Source of the DNA: Candidatus Eiseniibacteriota bacterium
GTDB taxonomy: Bacteria; Eisenbacteria; RBG-16-71-46
Direction: 5' to 3'
Length of the DNA stretch: 14,594 bases
NCBI GenBank assembly: GCA_044222065.1
Contig: JBGAOA010000085.1
Span: forward strand, 1-14,594
This document shows, piece by piece, positions 10,539-14,594 of this stretch (positions are counted from its first letter, which is position 1; each line of letters begins with the position of its first letter). The notes beneath the pieces are model-generated. The model saw only the letters and a program-made list of their open reading frames with translations. It made no database searches and was not told where the DNA came from. The position numbers and the translations under genes were made by a program.

Positions 10539-12089
10539 ATGGCCTTCGGCTCGTACACCACGCTCGTGCGGCTCGACGACGAACGCCCGCGCGGCGCGAT
10601 CGCGACCCGCGACGCGGCCGAGGAGCGCGCGTTCCTCGAGTTCGTGCGGCACGGCGTGATCGGCCACGACGCGCGCTTCGTCACCCCCGAGGGCGACCGG
10701 CCCCTGCGCTACTTCGACCACGTCGCCTCGGGCCGCTTCCACCGCGCGGTCGAGGACACGCTGAACGAGCACGTGCTGCCGTTCATGGCGAACACGCACA
10801 CCGAGACGAGCAGCACCGGCCGCCAGATGACGCGCTGGTACGAGGACTCGTTCCGCCGCATCGCGCGCTACGTGAACGCCGACGACGGCGACGTCGTGCT
10901 GCCCGTCGGCGCGGGCTCGACCGGCGCCGTGAACCGGCTGATCCAGGTGATGGGGCTGCGCATCCCGAGCGCGCTCGAGGACCGCTGGTCGCTCTCGCGC
11001 CTCATTCCCGAAGCCGAGCGGCCGGTCGTGTTCCGCAGCCGGATGGAGCACCACAGCAATGACATCACGTGGCGCGAGACGATCGCCGAGACCGTGTACG
11101 TGGACTTCGACGCGCACGGACGCGTGTCGCTCGAGCATCTCGCGGACTGTCTCGCGCGCTACCGCGGGCGCGCGCCGCTCATCGGCACGTTCTCGGCGGC
11201 GTCGAACGTCACCGGCATCGTGAACGACGCGCACGCGATCGCGCGCGTGCTGCACCGGCACGGCGCGCTCGCGTTCTTCGACTACGCCGCGGCCGGACCG
11301 TACGTCGAGATCGACCTGCACCCGCAGCGCGCGGACGGGACACCCGACGACGAGGCGTCGCTCGACGCCGTGTTCCTGTCCGTGCACAAGTTCCTCGGCG
11401 GACCGCGTGCGCCGGGCCTGCTGATCGCGAAGCGCCGCCTGTTCTCGAACCGCGTGCCGGCCGAGCCCGGCGGCGGCACGGTGCTCTACACGTCGCCGAC
11501 CGAGCACGTCTACCTGCACGACACCTCGCTGCGCGAGACCGGCGGGACGCCGCCGATCGTGGGCGCGATCCAGGCCGGGCTCGCGTTCGACCTCAAGCAC
11601 GCGGTCGGCGTCGAGCGCGGCCGCGCGATCGAGCGCGGCTACCTGGAGCGTGCGCTCGCGGCGTGGACCGCGCTGCCCGGCGTCGAAGTGCTCGGGCACC
11701 TCGACGCCGAGCGGCTCGGCGTCGTCTCGATGATCTTCCGCGGCCTGCACCACAACTTCGCGGTCGCGCTGCTCAACGACTTCTTCGGCATCCAGGTGCG
11801 CGGCGGCTGCATGTGCGCGGGGCCCTACGGCCACGAGCTGCTGCACATCGACGAGCGCGTGTCGGTCGCGATCCGCGACCAGCTCGAAGCCGGGCACGGC
11901 GGCGTGAAGCCCGGCTGGGTGCGCGTGTGCTTCTCGCCCGTGACGGGCGAGGACGAGTTCCAGGCGCTGCTCGAAGGCGTCGAGTTCGTCGCGAGGCGCG
12001 GCCGCGAATGGCTCGACCGCTACGAGCCCGTGGACGAAACGGGCGAGTGGCGGCGGCGCGAAGCCGTCACGTCGCGGAGCGGCGCGTGA
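10539..12089 (+). CDS. Class-V PLP enzyme, cysteine desulfurase/selenocysteine lyase-like (516 aa)
   Basis: Motifs [52 protein letters not shown] (PLP Lys), [22 protein letters not shown] (Cys loop at the position of the SufS/CsdA RxGHHCA motif) and GWVRV. RBS GGAGG upstream. Confidence 0.88.
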   Translation: MAFGSYTTLVRLDDERPRGAIATRDAAEERAFLEFVRHGVIGHDARFVTPEGDRPLRYFDHVASGRFHRAVEDTLNEHVLPFMANTHTETSSTGRQMTRWYEDSFRRIARYVNADDGDVVLPVGAGSTGAVNRLIQVMGLRIPSALEDRWSLSRLIPEAERPVVFRSRMEHHSNDITWRETIAETVYVDFDAHGRVSLEHLADCLARYRGRAPLIGTFSAASNVTGIVNDAHAIARVLHRHGALAFFDYAAAGPYVEIDLHPQRADGTPDDEASLDAVFLSVHKFLGGPRAPGLLIAKRRLFSNRVPAEPGGGTVLYTSPTEHVYLHDTSLRETGGTPPIVGAIQAGLAFDLKHAVGVERGRAIERGYLERALAAWTALPGVEVLGHLDAERLGVVSMIFRGLHHNFAVALLNDFFGIQVRGGCMCAGPYGHELLHIDERVSVAIRDQLEAGHGGVKPGWVRVCFSPVTGEDEFQALLEGVEFVARRGREWLDRYEPVDETGEWRRREAVTSRSGA

Positions 12090-12201
12090 GGGCGCGCGTT
12101 CCGCCGCTGCCTTGTCGTACCGTCGTCCGGGTGCGCCGCGCCGGCGCCCCGGCCTCCCGCGCCGTCCTCGCTCCGGCGCGTTCACGTTTCCGGGGAATGC
12201 C

Positions 12202-13697
<1,496 letters not shown>

Positions 13698-13701
<4 letters not shown>

Positions 13702-14594
13702 GCGGCCCGTCGCGGCTCGCGTGCGCGGCGTGCGGTCACGCGCCGGACGCGCGCGAGCCGCACCCGTTCGCGTGCCCGCACGCCGGGCGAGACGCGCGCG
13801 ACCACCGGCTCGTGCGCACGCTCGACCCGGCGCGCGTGCGGTTCGAGGTCGGCGGCGCGGCGAATCCGTTCGTGCGCCATCGCGAGCTGCTGCACGCCTA
13901 CTGGCGGGCGCGCGACGGCGGCGTGAGCGACGGCGACTGGGTCGCTGCGGTCGAGGCGCTCGACCGCGCGGTCGCGGGCGTCGAGGGGCGCGGCTTCGCC
14001 GCGACGCCGCTCGAGCGCGCCGACACGGTCGCCGCGGCGCTCGGCCTGGCCCACGCCGGCGTGTGGCTCAAGGACGACACGGGCAACGTGTCGGGCTCGC
14101 ACAAGGCCCGCCACCTGATGGGGCTCGCGATCCACCTCGACGTGGCCGAGCGGCTCGGGTTCGCGCGGCGCGCCGACGTGGACGCGCGCGGGCTCGCGAT
14201 CGCCTCGTGCGGGAACGCCGCGCTCGCCGCCGCCGTCGTCGCGCGCGCGGCCGGGCGTCCGCTCACGGCGTTCGTGCCGCCGGACGCGAACCCGCGCGTG
14301 CTCGAACGGCTCGCGGCGCTCGGCACGGCCGTGCGCGTGTGCGAACGCGTCGCGGGAGAGGTCGGCGATCCGTGCGTGCTGCGCTTCCGCGAATCGGTCG
14401 GCGCAGGCGCGCTGCCGTTCTGCGTGCAAGGCACCGAGAACGGCCTCACGATCGAGGGCGGCTCGACGATCGCGTGGGAGATCGCGGCCGCGGCGCGCGC
14501 ACGCGGACTCGCGCTCGACCGGCTGTTCGTGCAGATCGGCGGTGGCGCGCTCGCGAGCGCGTGCGTCGCGGGCATCGCCGAGGCCGCATCTCTC
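13698..14594 (+). CDS. Fold-type II PLP-dependent enzyme, threonine-synthase-like; N-terminal part, runs off the right edge
   Basis: Not in the ORF track. GTG at 13698 overlaps the previous stop (GTGA). Hand translation: [95 protein letters not shown]. The frame is open for 299 codons to the window end. Confidence 0.88.

Noticed and set aside
12087..12152. Selenocysteine read-through at the TGA ending the desulfurase-like gene, with the downstream hairpin as SECIS
   Set aside because: The hairpin begins about 37 nt after the UGA, further than a typical bacterial SECIS. Read-through is not in frame with the next gene and the protein is already complete. The other TGA stops sit in start/stop overlaps.
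12112..12201. TTG start at 12112 for the cysteine-synthase-like gene
   Set aside because: The extension is low-complexity Arg/Pro sequence with no RBS. ATG 12202 has a purine-rich RBS-like stretch upstream.

Overview
This is a very GC-rich bacterial window with two divergent operons and an unrelated partial gene at the left edge. The minus strand carries a tightly coupled six-gene operon (10305->831): carbamate kinase, YgeW-type knotted carbamoyltransferase, YgeY-type M20 hydrolase, a fused 2Fe-2S/Mo-cofactor xanthine-dehydrogenase-family enzyme, a shortened SsnA-type amidohydrolase and a shortened YgfK-type oxidoreductase. These are the core of the anaerobic purine/uric-acid catabolic cluster known from E. 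coli and clostridia (reductive 2,8-dioxopurine route). This version is atypical. The YgfK-like protein lacks its FAD/NAD(P)H module, the SsnA-like protein lacks its N-terminal beta segment, and no FAD subunit, HyuA or canonical DpaL is present in the window. The plus strand, across a 233-bp divergent region, carries three PLP enzymes: a class-V cysteine desulfurase/selenocysteine lyase-like protein, a long cysteine-synthase-like protein and a non-canonical threonine-synthase-like protein (partial). These may supply S/Se for the Mo enzyme and replace DpaL. The divergent region contains two face-to-face sigma54-like motifs. The left edge holds the N-terminal part of a secreted Kelch-repeat protein. 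Most starts in the supplied ORF track are over-extended, so I re-derived them by hand.
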